A DNA stretch of 64,000 bases from Camelus ferus (lineage: Eukaryota): assembly GCF_009834535.1 (NCBI RefSeq), contig NC_045697.1:104162001-104226000 (forward strand). Direction: 5' to 3'. This document shows positions 24,865-37,144 of the stretch, in pieces (the first letter of the stretch is position 1; each line of letters opens with the position of its first letter). A program made the position numbers and the translations under genes. Under the pieces are notes generated by a model. The model searched no databases and had not been told where the DNA came from. It saw only the letters and a list, made by a program, of their open reading frames with translations.

Positions 24865-25620
24865 ATTTGTTTATTCATTTTTTTTCAGTAATCTTTTACT
24901 GAGCTCTTATTAAATGCCAGGCTGTCTGGCGATACATGTTTGAATAAATTCTCATGGTACTTAAATTTTAAGGCAGGAGAGAAAAACAATAAAAAATTAA
25001 ACAAGAAAACAGCAGGTGGTGATAAGTGCTAAATGATGAAAATAATCAGACTGATTTCCTAGAGAGCTCCCAGGGGCTATTTTTCCATGGGTAGTTAGAG
25101 AAGCCTTCTCTAAAGAGGAGATGTAAGCTGAGGCCTTCATGATAAGAAGAAGCATGCTTTGTGAGCATCAGGGATTACCAGGTAGTGAGAACAGCTGGTG
25201 CAAAGGCCCTGTGGTGGGGATGAGTTTGGCACGTGCTTGGAATGGAAAGAAGGTAAGTGTGAAATGAGCACAGTGGTAAAGGCAGGTAGTAACGGGTGAA
25301 ATGTAAGAAAGTTAGGTAGGTGCCAGGTGAGGCAGGGCCTTTGCAGGCCAGGTGAGGCAGGGCCTTTGCAGGCCAGGCGAGGAGGTCAGGTTGTACTTTA
25401 CATGTTACAGGAAGCCCTCGAGCGGTTTGAAGCAAGAGCGTGACATGATACGATTCATATTTTTACAAGATAACTTTGGCCTTTCCACGGAGAATAGAAT
25501 GTAAGGGGCAAAAGTAAGAGCAGGAAGGCCAAGTAAGAGGCCACTGCAGTAGTTTATGTGAGAGATGATAACACTTGGACTAAGGAGGTAGCAGTGGAAA
25601 TGGGAAGAAATTTTGAAATT
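24865..25620 (-). mobile_element. LINE-2 3' fragment
   Basis: Begins with the antisense L2 terminus (tcatttgtttattcatt...tactgagctc), then 'gcaaaggccctgtggtgggatgagtttggcacgtg' and 'ggtttgaagcaagagcgtgacatgatacgatt'. Confidence 0.8.
25322..25382. repeat. 25-bp tandem duplication (2 perfect copies plus a partial third)
   Basis: gccaggtgaggcagggcctttgcag at 25322 and 25347, partial copy at 25372. Confidence 0.95.
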
Positions 25621-28600
25621 TCAACACTTCTGAGGTAGTACTGCTATTCTGCCTTACAATCCACTCCCTCTCCCCTCATCAGAATCCCACACACATAATA
25701 TTCATTCATTTATTTTATCATTAACGATAGTTCATTGCACACGAACTATATGTCAGATGCCAAACAAGGTAGTAAGGACCCACTGAAGATAAATGTCAGC
25801 TATTTCCAACACATCATTTTGCTCAGTCGTCAAGATCGAACCACTTCCTCCCAAGAAACCAGTTCTGAACAAGATGCTATTCCATGCTGCAGTCTCGCAC
25901 AGGGAAGGCATAAGGAAAGCACGGGGATTAAAACTTACAGGCAGAAGAATTCTAGTCTTTAGTTTAATTTTTCTGCTTACAGTCTTTCCTTATTCCACAG
26001 AATTCTATTTGCTGATTTCATCTCATGCATATCCCCTCATCCACCTTCACGGCCGATTAGAGGACCAACGAGGAGAGCTTCGCTGTACACTTTCTAGGAG
26101 AATTGTCCCAATTCTCAGCTCACCTGACTTGTTCTGCTGGTGAGATTGAATGAGACACTCAAACACTTTTGTTTTGTAGGCTTGAGTCTCCATAATTAAC
26201 GTTACTACCACTCCTCTTCCCCATTATCTTAAGTGGCTCCTTTCAGCGCCTAACCTCTGTTCTGATAATCAGAAGTCCAGGAGCTAATCCTGCAATCCGA
26301 TATTGAGTCTGCACATTCTAAATGAGAATGACAGTGTTCTGCCCTCCAAAGCAGGGCAGTGCTAGCCTTAGGAATTTGTTTTAGAAATTCCAGGTCAGGC
26401 ACAATTTAAAGGCCTTTCCAGATCTGTAGAAAAATAGTCTTGAATCTCTAATGTTAGTTCTTTAAAGAATTAGCAGTGACTGCTTCCTTTCTATTTATGA
26501 ACTCAACCTTTCCTATCAGACTGTCTTGTCATGTGTCTAACAATCGAGTCCTTCCTATTATTTTGTGCTTTTATCATTTATAATATGATTGATTCTTGAT
26601 GCACAGTGATTCAGCTTACTGTGATGTATATCCCTTCTCCATGGCAAAGTCCTGGAGATTATACCTGTATTATTTATTCACCACTCTTATCAAAGACAAT
26701 GAACCAACCGCACCTCCTGACTGGGATGCAACTGACCTGACCCCTTAGTCCAGAACTGCCCACGATAGGTCCCACCCCAGGAGTTCCCAGTGCCTTCCTC
26801 AGGCTTCTCTGGGAATCTCTTGGATAAATGCGTATCATTGGATCTTTTCTCGCTTCCCTATTTGATTGATAAACATGCTAGAGAATGTTATTTATAATGT
26901 CCCAGTTACAAAAATGTGATTACAACATTCTATTCTGTGTGATGTAAAAGTGTATTTCTGACAGTTGGTTCAATGGTATCTTTGTGGCACTAGTTTCTCG
27001 ATCAGGAAAGTAGCCCTCTATTACATGAATCCCAAATCTATTCAGCTAGTTGAACAACTGAAAGGCATAATGTGAAACATGATGAAACAATACAGCAAAT
27101 TCAAAATAATTTAGTTCTGAATGAGATATTTTACATTAACGTCTCATATAGAGAAGGCTTTAAAAATATGGGGGATGGTTAAAAATTTTAGCACAGAGAA
27201 TTCTAACAATGAATTTTTTCCTGTCTAGCTGAAAAAAAGATCACTCTCATTAAGTTTTAATAGTGAAATCCCGTGGTCTAGCTTACAGAATAGGAGCAGA
27301 GTCTGAAACTCATTGCTCTGTTGTAATATTGTTTATATTATAATAAATACAAATCAGATTTATTTACAGTGTTCACATTCAATTCCTGGCCAGAATGCTG
27401 AGAATTGCTTGTAGTAAAATGTCCTTAGCAGAGGGTTCCACATTGAGATAAAGGCTTTGGAAGAAATCAGCTTTACTCAGTACATTGTGCTTCAGTTTAA
27501 TGATGTCAAACATATTTGAGGAGTTGAACTTAACATTCTTAGGGGCCCCTTGTAGCCCTGAAATTTTGTGATTTCATATTAAATGGCTTAGGTTACAGGA
27601 TAACCTTGTAATTTGAAAAATGTTTCACATTTTGCTAAGCCCAAGGTGCACAGGCTGTGTGTTTGCAATTTCATTTCCATAAGCAGCCTGAGGGGCGGTG
27701 TCAGACCCTTTGGTAAAGCGTGTCTCTAGGAAATCTCTTAAAGTCTGAAAATAAAAGCAGATTAGGGAGCAGGGAATGTAAGAAATGTACATACTAGAAT
27801 CCTAAGAAAACCTCTCAGAAAAGGTTTTTTAATCTTTTGATAGTTTTGCAAAGTAAGTAGGCCATGAGTGGAGGTAAAAACATCCTTTTCAAAGGCTCTC
27901 TTTTCCAGCCAAGATGACGTGGAAACTTACGTCAGGGATCAAAAATATTTGTGGAAAATTTATTTTGGAAATGTGTAGACTTTAAAATTGGCATTTTAAA
28001 TTGAAAATTGACTACACTTTAATTAAAAATAAGAATTTTTAAAAAGTAGGCAAAGATGTATGTAGCAGGATGTTTATTACGGCTATATTTGTAGTAATGA
28101 ATGTTGGAAATAAAAAAATAAAACAAAATAGGTATTTTTAAATGTAACTGCAATAACAGATACGTTCTAATCATTCGAATTAATTGTTATTGATAGGTCT
28201 GTAGGCAAGGGGCAGATTTCCCATGTACTGGGACCCTTAATTACTGCCAAGGAAAGAGCTTGAGTGTTGGCATCTGGGAGACTTGGTGTTGGATTTATGG
28301 GTTCAGCCAGCTAACCAGCTGCGCAAAAGACTAGCTTGGGCAGGTTGCTATGGCTTTCCCAGCTGTAAACTGGAAACAATAATAGCTACCTCATAGTTGA
28401 GGACTAAAAAGTGATAATATGTGAAAAAACACTGAACGCTACAATCAACGTGTTTCCTTTCTCTTCCTTCCGACACCCCCACCCCCATCACTCTCTCCCA
28501 CCAATGGCAACATTTGTGAGTGAACCCGAAGCGCTTGGGTCCTCCAAAAGAATTTGTATTTGTTCCCATTCCTCTCACATTCTTGTTTACTCTTCAAATG

Positions 28601-30057
28601 CATGACACATTAGTCCCTTGTCAAATAAAAGAAAATTAAGTTAAAGAATTCTAAACTAATGTTATGTTTTATATGTAAGATCTTGCTGCCTTCTTCATAA
28701 TCTTCCAAGACAGGATCATAGCAGAATGCTTACTTATCTTCTTTCTGAGGACTTCAGCACCCTTTATCTATTTTATAATCTGTAGAACCTTCCTGAGAGA
28801 TGCTTTTATAGGCAGAAGGGCTGGCCAAAGGAGAAACTCTGAAGAGTCGCAAAGTTGATTTCCTGTGTCCACAATATCTCCTTGTTGTTTTCCTGCCCAC
28901 ACTTGGTATCGCTCCATTCTTCCCTGCAGGGTCTGTGACCTCATACTCCACCCCGTCCAACCAGACCTTTCACACCATCACCTCTTCTCCTGAGGTGCAC
29001 TGTAGGATAACAGGCTTTGTCTCCACCACAATGATTGCAGACATCGTAAAATGGCCACTTAGGGGCTGGGAGAGAAAGGGCAGATTTGAGGGAAGCAGGT
29101 TCAGTGCCTTCCTCCTCTGCACAAGCTCAAGCCTGTCTCTGTGGCAAGGATTTCTATTCATCTGCCTAACGCAGGGCCATCTCCATCCTGCCTTTCACAT
29201 TGTAAAGTAGCACCTCGGAGCCCGGGGGCAGTCTTCCTTTGCATCCCATTCATTCATAACACATCCACTTCCGGTGACAAAACTACCCTCCAGCATTTTC
29301 CAACCACCCTTTAAATGGGATGTGGTGCTGGACCCACCTTGAACTTTGGTTATGAGGAAAACAGAAACTTCTGATTTCAAATGTGTATTTGATTTTCCTT
29401 GAAATGCAATTTCAGTTTGATGAATTTATGCTATAAGGCTTCATTTATATGGCTTTGATTTTTTTTCACGCAGTGAAGAAAAATGTATATAATAGTTAAT
29501 AAAAGATGATAGATAGACAGACAGACAGACAGATAATACGATCTTTACCTTTGCCCCCTCAGTGCAGACATAAAAGTGAGTATTTGTAACCTGAGACAGC
29601 ACTGGATGTGATGAGTCGGAGCAGACCTGTGCCTGATCCATGCCATTTTCTTCGTAATGTCCATCATTTTTGCCTTTATTTATGAAGCCAGGTTAATGGT
29701 TGCAATTAATGAACAATTGAAGTGTTTTGCTTAAAACCTATAGTTTGTGGAAGCAGACAAATTAAATCATACTATGTAACCTATTCATGTTTCTGAATGA
29801 TTTATGACTGGTGTATAAATAGTGTCAGATTGATATATAAATTTTAGTTTAAATCTAGAAGTGCATCCCTATGATTAATGTATTGAAATAAGAAAAATGT
29901 TCTGGTGCCCATGTCTCATTCTAATATGTTAGTTACATAGATAGAATATGAATCAGAAGAAATTATTTTAGATGTAAACAGGAAAAACAATGCATTGAAC
30001 AAAAGATGACATCTGAAATATTATTTTGGAGTTCCTGAGAGAAAAATGCTACATTTA

Positions 30058-30143
<86 letters not shown>

Positions 30144-30144
30144 T
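30058..30144. repeat. (TAT)n microsatellite, ~87 bp with minor interruptions
   Basis: Direct inspection. Confidence 0.95.
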
Positions 30145-32778
30145 AATTTATGACCATCTCAGCTATGGTATACTATATTATCACCTGAAATATATTTAAG
30201 TCATCCTTTCCCACACGTTATAAAACACTTCTGTGTTCATGTACCTTAGGATGCAAATAAGAACAGTCTGTCTCAATATTAATTACTACAACATTCTTAT
30301 TATTTCACTTGTGGAATTTTAAAACTCCTTGTAATCACTCAAAGCCCAGGTCCAGGGGCCTGACTTAATTTGCATGCTAGGCACAATTCATTTCTAACAG
30401 AAACTAGCCTATAATAAACGGATGTTTCATGGCATCTGGATAAAAAGTTTACATTTTCAAAAGAAGTGGGGCTGATGTTTCGTAAGCTCGAAAATAAGAA
30501 TTGAATCCCTTAAATCTTGACTTCTCAATTTAAATTTGAGTGGGTTTAGACTCTTAACTCTAGCAGCAGTTACAGAAACCTCATTTCCGTGGTCACCTCC
30601 CCACTCCCATCCTCTGTTGCCCTTGCAACAGGGAGTTAAGATTTAACCCTCTGGGCAGATGTGCGGATTAACCAGTTAGCTAAGCCAAGCACACCTGGTT
30701 ACTATTGATGAAGGAGGCTGCGGCGGGCGGGCAGCCTCTGGTACCCAGCACCATCCCGTGGTTTCCCATCTCTTTCACAAACAGAATCGCCTTTGATCCT
30801 CAAAATCGCCCCCACAAAGACAGCAGCGGGATTATCATCTGTATGAAGAAATGAATGAATAGAGGGCTCACTTACAGCTCATCAATGACGGACCGGAGAG
30901 CGTTAAATCAGAACAAAGAACTTCCGCGTGATAGCGGCAATCTACGTTTATGTATTTCAGACTGTCACTTAACGTTATTAAGAGACTGTTAAAGTTACCC
31001 CGCTCCCACACTTCCATGGGTTGCTTCTTTGCTCTTCCTGAGACTGTGGAGAGGGAGATTTAATCAAAAGACCTTAAAATGAGCGCCTTGTCAGAGCACA
31101 AACATTTTGAAATCCCAATGAAAATGCAGTTTAATGCATCCAGTTAAATTGCCTGAGAGGAAATAGTGAATACAGCTTTCTTAAAGCCTTTCCCCTCAGG
31201 CCATTAACTAAGAAACTGGTCACTAACTGCTGGTAACAACCCATTCTGGAGGGATTATTGCTATTATTGGCATTCTGTGGTTTATGGCAACATTTTGTTA
31301 AAGGCATTAGAAAATGATGGTGCAGCTGGACTTGGGGCTTCAGAGAAATCAGTCGCTTCCCTTGTGGTTAATAGCCTTTTTTTTTTTTTTTTTTTAATTC
31401 CGATCTAAATGTACCGAGGCTGAGCTCACTGCTGAGTTTATTACCTATTACATTTCTTGTTGCTCTAAGAAATATGCTTTACACCGGAGTCAGCATTCAA
31501 ATCAATGGCGCAAAAATATAGCACATATTGTTAGTAAAATTGAATCATGCTGAAAAGGCTGAATGAATGCTCGATTTAAACTAGATGTTAGAAATCATTG
31601 CACTTGCCACGAGTGCTTTCTGGCTGATAACACAGCCCTGCGCTATTCCCTTCCAGTGATTAATTGTTAGCTGGAGCAAGCGTATATACATTGCCAAATG
31701 GAGAATAATAACCAAAGTTATATTATTGATTTCCCATAACTCTAAGTTGAACCTCTATACCTAGGGAGGGACCCGCTCTCTGTGGGTCATAGCTGCCTGC
31801 TGCTCATTCTACACTCTGATCATTCCGTTAACTAAAAACAGAATTAGAAAGGAGGCAGCCCCAGTGAAGGTCAGGCAAACATCACACAATGAAAGAGAAG
31901 TTCTCAAGAGTTTCAAGAGTATTTCTTTTGTTCACGTCAAATGGCAGAAACAAGTCAGGATGTGGACAGCTTGAAACTCTAAGGTATATTAGTAAGATCG
32001 AATGCGGGTTACAAATATGTTCTTTGCATGGGAGACATGTTTTTTGCCTTTTTGGGGTCGGTTTTTCCTCCCATCTTTTAATTACAAAAAAGAGGGAAGA
32101 TCAGAACGTATCATTAGCTCAGCTTCTTAGTGAACCTGACTTTTCTCAAGAAATTTACATCTTTCCCTCATTTTCTGTTAAGGTTTCTTCCCCTGTTTTC
32201 TCACCTAAAGAATTATAATGAGGTAGAGTGAATGAGATCTATGGGGAGAGCAGTGGACCCAGAGACTAAAGGTAAAAGGATGATTGATGGTATGAAATTA
32301 CCATAAAAGTACAATCAGGATTAGATTTTAAAATGAATTTTTAAGCAGCCTAAGAGATACTCTTTGATTTGCAGTCTGGTGGAATGGATAATGTCTCATT
32401 CAGTGGATAAAGTTTCTCACTGTGTGACTTGAGCTTTTTCTGATCTTTCTGACTGGGAGTAAAATGGAACCAAAGCCTAAAGTGGTTTTTAATGCAGAAA
32501 ATATCAAACACAATATTCTTAATGTCAAAACCTGGGCATAGCAGGTGAGGAAAGAAAAATAAATAGAAGAATATTACTGTTAGGATTATTGTATTAGGCA
32601 CTCCTTTACTGACAAATGGGGTTAAAACATGCATTTTTCAAGGGCAAACTTGTTTATACATTGAAAAAAATTAAAGTTATGGCTGATGTCAGATTTTAAT
32701 CTTAGGTATGTAAATGGCTTTGACTAAAATAATAAAGCAAAATGCATTTCATTGCCATATGTTTTCTCACTGTTTTTT

Positions 32779-32913
32779 TAAAACATTTTTTATTGAGTTA
32801 TAGTCGTTTTACAATATTGTGTCAAATTCCAGTGTAGAGCATAATTTTTCAGTTATACATGAACATACATACATTCATTGTCACATTCTCTTTCACTGTG
32901 AGCCACTACAAGA
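32779..32913 (-). mobile_element. 5'-truncated L1 3' end (~135 bp), related to the full-length element
   Basis: Aligns by eye to ~42715-42850 ('aacattttttattgagttatagtcgttttacaatattgtgtcaaattcca'). TSD ttctcactgtttttt (32764-32778) / ttctcactgcttttt (32914-32928). Confidence 0.85.
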
Positions 32914-32944
32914 TTCTCACTGCTTTTTAAAAAATGTAAGTACT

Positions 32945-33350
32945 CTTTTTATTTTAGAATAATTTTAGATTTACAGAAAAGTTGCAAAGATATTACCAAA
33001 AGTCCCTGTATATGCCTCACCCGGTTTCTTCTGTCATGAACATGTTATATTACTATCCGAGTTGCCAGATTTAGCTCATAAAGTACAAGACAGCCAGTTA
33101 AATTTGAATTTCAGGTAAACAACAAATCATTTTTTAGTATAATATGTTCCTTAGCTTACCCTAATTGCTATTACACATTTGTCACAACTAAGGTACCAAT
33201 ATTGGTTAACTAAGGTCTACGTTTTGTTCAGATTTCACTAATTTCTCCCAATGTTCTTTTCTATTCTGGGATCCTATTCAGCATGTATCATTACAATCAG
33301 TCTTCATGTCTTCACAGTTCCTTGTGTCTGAAACAGTTTTTCAGACTTGC
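32945..33350 (-). mobile_element. Ancient L1MC-like 3' end, interrupted by MER53
   Basis: 'attttagaataattttagatttacagaaaagttgcaaagata' and 'acatttgtcacaactaag...ttcagatttcactaatttctcccaatgttcttttct'. Confidence 0.7.
33057..33152. mobile_element. MER53 half element (DNA-transposon MITE)
   Basis: 'gttgccagatttagc...cagttaaatttgaatttcaggtaaacaacaaatcattttttagtataatatgttcc' matches one arm of the MER53 palindrome. Confidence 0.75.
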
Positions 33351-33435
33351 CATTTGTTTTTAAACATAGTACAAAATGAGCTAACGTAGTCATTGATAAT
33401 CTGATAGTGTTAATCAACACTCATGTACTTAGATC

Positions 33436-33640
33436 TTTTTTAAATTGTACAGTCAGTTACCATGTGTCAATTTCTGATGTACAGCACAATGTCCATCATG
33501 CATATACATATATTCATTTTCATATTCTTTTTCATTAAAGGTTATTACAAGATACTGAATATAGTTCCCTGTACTACACAGAACAAACTTGTTTGTTTTT
33601 TAAATCTATCTATCTATCTATGTGTATATATATATAAATC
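33436..33640 (-). mobile_element. 5'-truncated L1 3' end
   Basis: 'ttttcattaaaggttattacaagatactgaatatagttccctgtactacacag' is the antisense L1 3'UTR motif. Same subfamily as 55692-55975. Confidence 0.8.
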
Positions 33641-36146
33641 TTTTTTTAATTAATTAATTTCAAAAACATGTTTAACTTAGAAATCATTTTAATCATCTGT
33701 ATGGCCAATGCTCTCTATAGAAAATTATAAAACAATAACAAATTCTAATTTTAAGTCGGGAATTTTTATTTTTAGCACTAGAAAAAAAAATGCTAGCAAC
33801 TTATAAACATGGCTAGGCTCATTGTTGGATTGGAAATATTGTGTTCTATCAAATATTAAAGTTACAATGGTCCTTGAATATAAAAATAATTACTCACATC
33901 TTTCAAATTATGTGCTACTATTTCACTCAGTTTAAACTTTTATTTCCTCAGTCTCTTCTGTAGAATATGCATCCTTCAAATAACAGATTTTTAAAAGATA
34001 TTAATTCATTTTTGCTGTAAACTTTCTTCATAGCCATAAATACGAGAGTTGATTTTTTTCAGAATTTTCCCAAGGAGGTTAAAAATAAAAAAAAATTAAA
34101 AAAAAAAAAAAGAGGGCTGTGGAGTTAATCAACCTAGCAGAAAATATTTGAAGCTTGCGGCTTTATAATTGAGGTTGATCTTCATTAGGTCCAAATTTCC
34201 TGCTTTAAAACTGTTAAACATTGTGGGAATCTTTAACATTTCAGACAGTTGCTGCTTGTGACAGTTTCCATATCTTCCCCCCTGCTGACAGTTCCTATAA
34301 TGACTTTAATCATTGAGTCTGGAAACGGAACTGGTTATCCAATAGCAACAAACTCAATGGTCAATGGCTATGTCACTTTTCTGGGAGCAGGACTTTCTGA
34401 GCATCAAGGAGCTGATACTCAGAGCCTCCTGGAAAAGTGCTAAGTGCATTAACTCTCTGTCAATCACATCTGTAACACACAGGCCAAATTACTCCTCTTT
34501 GGCTCAAGACGTTCCACTGAAACTTATTTGTGTGGTAGCCGTTATCTGTGTTCCATAGATAACTAATGATGATTGTTTATGGAAAGGTGCCTGTCCAATT
34601 ATTTTTGAAGAAACACAAGAATGCAGAATGACTGGAAGCATCAGGTTTTTGCCAGAGAATGCCTCAGGTAAGAGGAGAATGGCTAGAGGCTATAAGGAAT
34701 CACAAGAGACAAGTCAGAGTCGTAAATTGGGAAGCTGACATATCTCATCTAATATACTTGCTAACTAGGCCTTTAAAAACCTTGACATTTAACTAAGTTT
34801 GGGGAAAAGTTATGGGTTTTTGTCCTTTTCTATTGGCTCCAGCTCATTAATCCAGCGAATTAAGGTGTTTATCATTGTTACCGATGTTAGCAGATCACGA
34901 AGGCGACTGTTTAGAGAGGCGTCTGGCGGCGGAGTGGCTGTTTATGCAGCCTGTGCCTCTTTCAAAGTCAAGTCAGTCAAAAGTGAGACTTCAAGTTATT
35001 TACCCTTTTGGTACTTCAGGGCTTGAAATGGCATGAAAAGGAGCCTTTCATTTGGCAGAGGTATTTAAATAAAGCTTTTCGAAAGGCTGATGTGTTTGGA
35101 AGACGGTGGGCGCTTTACGTAAATAACTTCCCGAGGATTTTAAGAAAATAGGAAAGAAATGCAAACTTTCCAGGGAATGCCGTCTACTTCAGAATCTGAT
35201 TTTGATCGGATTTATATTATTTGAGGGCATAGCCATGGCCCATGGCAAGATCATCTTTGGCTTTATATGTTAATGTTCCTGAGGTAGGTTTAACTTTTCC
35301 GTAACATTAAACTCCGGAAGCATTAGAAAGCAAGACAAAATATAGATCATTTATCATCAGAAAGCAGCAGTTTCCCAAAAAGGCAGAAGGAGAAATGCCG
35401 TTCACAAAGCAAGTAGTAAAACAGTTGAGCATTTTATTCAGGATTTCATTAAATATCTGTTAAAAGGAACTTCCTTCCACTGAAATGCTTCAAAAGGAGG
35501 TGTTGGCATTTGCTTTCATCAAACAATTGCCATCAAAATCAAACCAAAACACTCTCCTCCTTTTTTGTTTTTTATATATAATTGCAAGGCTCATGGTTTT
35601 AATGTATTTACATAAAGTGGATGGTTAAGACATCTAGAGACACTTTAGAAAATGCTGAACTGAGACTACCTAACAATGAATGTGTGAAAATTGTTACTTA
35701 GAAGCCCTAAGAAACTATTTTAACTCTTTTTTCAAGTTATTAAAAACCATATATGTATGTTTCCTTTTTCACCATTTATCTATGAACTATGAGAGTCATC
35801 TCTTAAAAATTTTTTAAATAAAGATAAAAAGGCTTTACTACTTGCTTCTAGAATTACTACTGACAATTTGTACTACTTATAAATTTTGTTCCTATGAAAA
35901 ATAATTCAAAACATACATTTTAAGGGACATCATCAAATTATGTATACCAGTTTATTCTTTTTTGGTTAATTCTTGTCAACAATAGAGCAAGCCAATATTC
36001 ATTTAGCATTTTCTATGAACTTAGCAGAAGAGTAAATTCTTTGGAGAAAACATAAAAAAAGTTTAAGGAATGGTCCTTACCTTCAAGGGAGTTCTAATTT
36101 TATGTGGAAGGCAAGTCCAACACATATAGAAACAAAAAACATGGGA

Positions 36147-36290
36147 GGGGGAGGGTATAGCTCAGTGGTAGAGTGCATGCTTAGCATGCATGAGGTCTTG
36201 GGTTCAATCACCAGTACCGCCTCTAAAAATAAACCTAATTACCTCCCCTCACCAAAATAAAATAATTAAATAATACAATAATGTTTTTAA
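36147..36290 (+). mobile_element. tRNA-Ala-derived SINE (Vic-1-like), long form
   Basis: gggtatagctcagtggtagagtgcatgcttagcatgcatgaggtcttgggttcaatcaccagtacc is tRNA-Ala(AGC)-like, followed by 'acctaattacctcccc' and an A-rich tail. Confidence 0.88.
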
Positions 36291-37106
36291 AAGCACAGAA
36301 GAGCAAAGTAAGATGATATGTAGTGATTAACAAAAATCTTTTGTAATAAACAATAGAACACCATGTTATGTAGTTTAAGAAAAATAAAAAGGAGTGCTTA
36401 TGGAAGTGCAGACAAGAACGGTCTCCGTGGATGGAGCAGTCAAGGAAGGTCTTTGTAGAGAACCCAAGGTTGAGGGGTGAGTGCTGTGCTGTCCATGAGT
36501 GATAAATCAGTGGTGGCATGCTTTGAAAATATGGTTTTTGCCTTTATTTAGTGACTAGTCTGTAGGTATAGACCTGGAGACTGACGCTTACACAGCTAAA
36601 CAGCCCACCCCTAAGCTAGAAAGCAAACTAGACACAGTGGTAATTAATGACATGACTAAGGAGCTCATAAGGGTTGTAAGTAGCCCTGGATGAGGGAATG
36701 TGTAGTAGACAGTGTGTGCTCTGTGCACAGGTGCCTACCACCTTTGGCCAGTTATTTAAACTTTCTAAACCCGAGTTTCTTTGTTATGTGAACCTAATAA
36801 TTGTTCCAATCTCATCCATTTTTGAGCTTAGTAAATGGCAAAAGGCACACTAATAACACCTATACCATAGGACGCTGGTGAGAATTCACGAGGAATAACA
36901 TGCATGGTGGAGGCTGGGAGCAGAGACTGGCTGGTGTCAGGGAGGGTACCGCAGCACGTCTTAGCCTCATGTCTGTGAGGGGTTGTGCTGGATAGGCTGA
37001 GGCTGAATTTGGACATCTCTGTGTGTATCTCAAATGTGAGGAACAGGAAGTCACTCAGAAATCAGCCAATATCCTGATGTTGTTTTGTTGTGTTTTTATA
37101 CATTGC

Positions 37107-37108
<2 letters not shown>

Positions 37109-37142
<34 letters not shown>
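37109..37142. repeat. (GT)17 microsatellite
   Basis: Direct inspection. Confidence 0.97.

Positions 37143-37144
<2 letters not shown>

Noticed and set aside
28754..29161. Two adjacent minus-strand ORFs that read protein-like (…ETKPVILQCTSGEEVMV*KVWLDGVEYEVTD…)
   Set aside because: No recognisable family, an internal stop and no convincing splice sites. A tblastx or HMM search would be needed to revive it as a decayed pseudogene.
36150..36225. Possible functional tRNA-Ala(AGC) genes (also ~21610 and ~40550)
   Set aside because: 5' G-rich extension, stem mismatches, A-rich tails and (for two copies) TSDs identify them as SINE copies.
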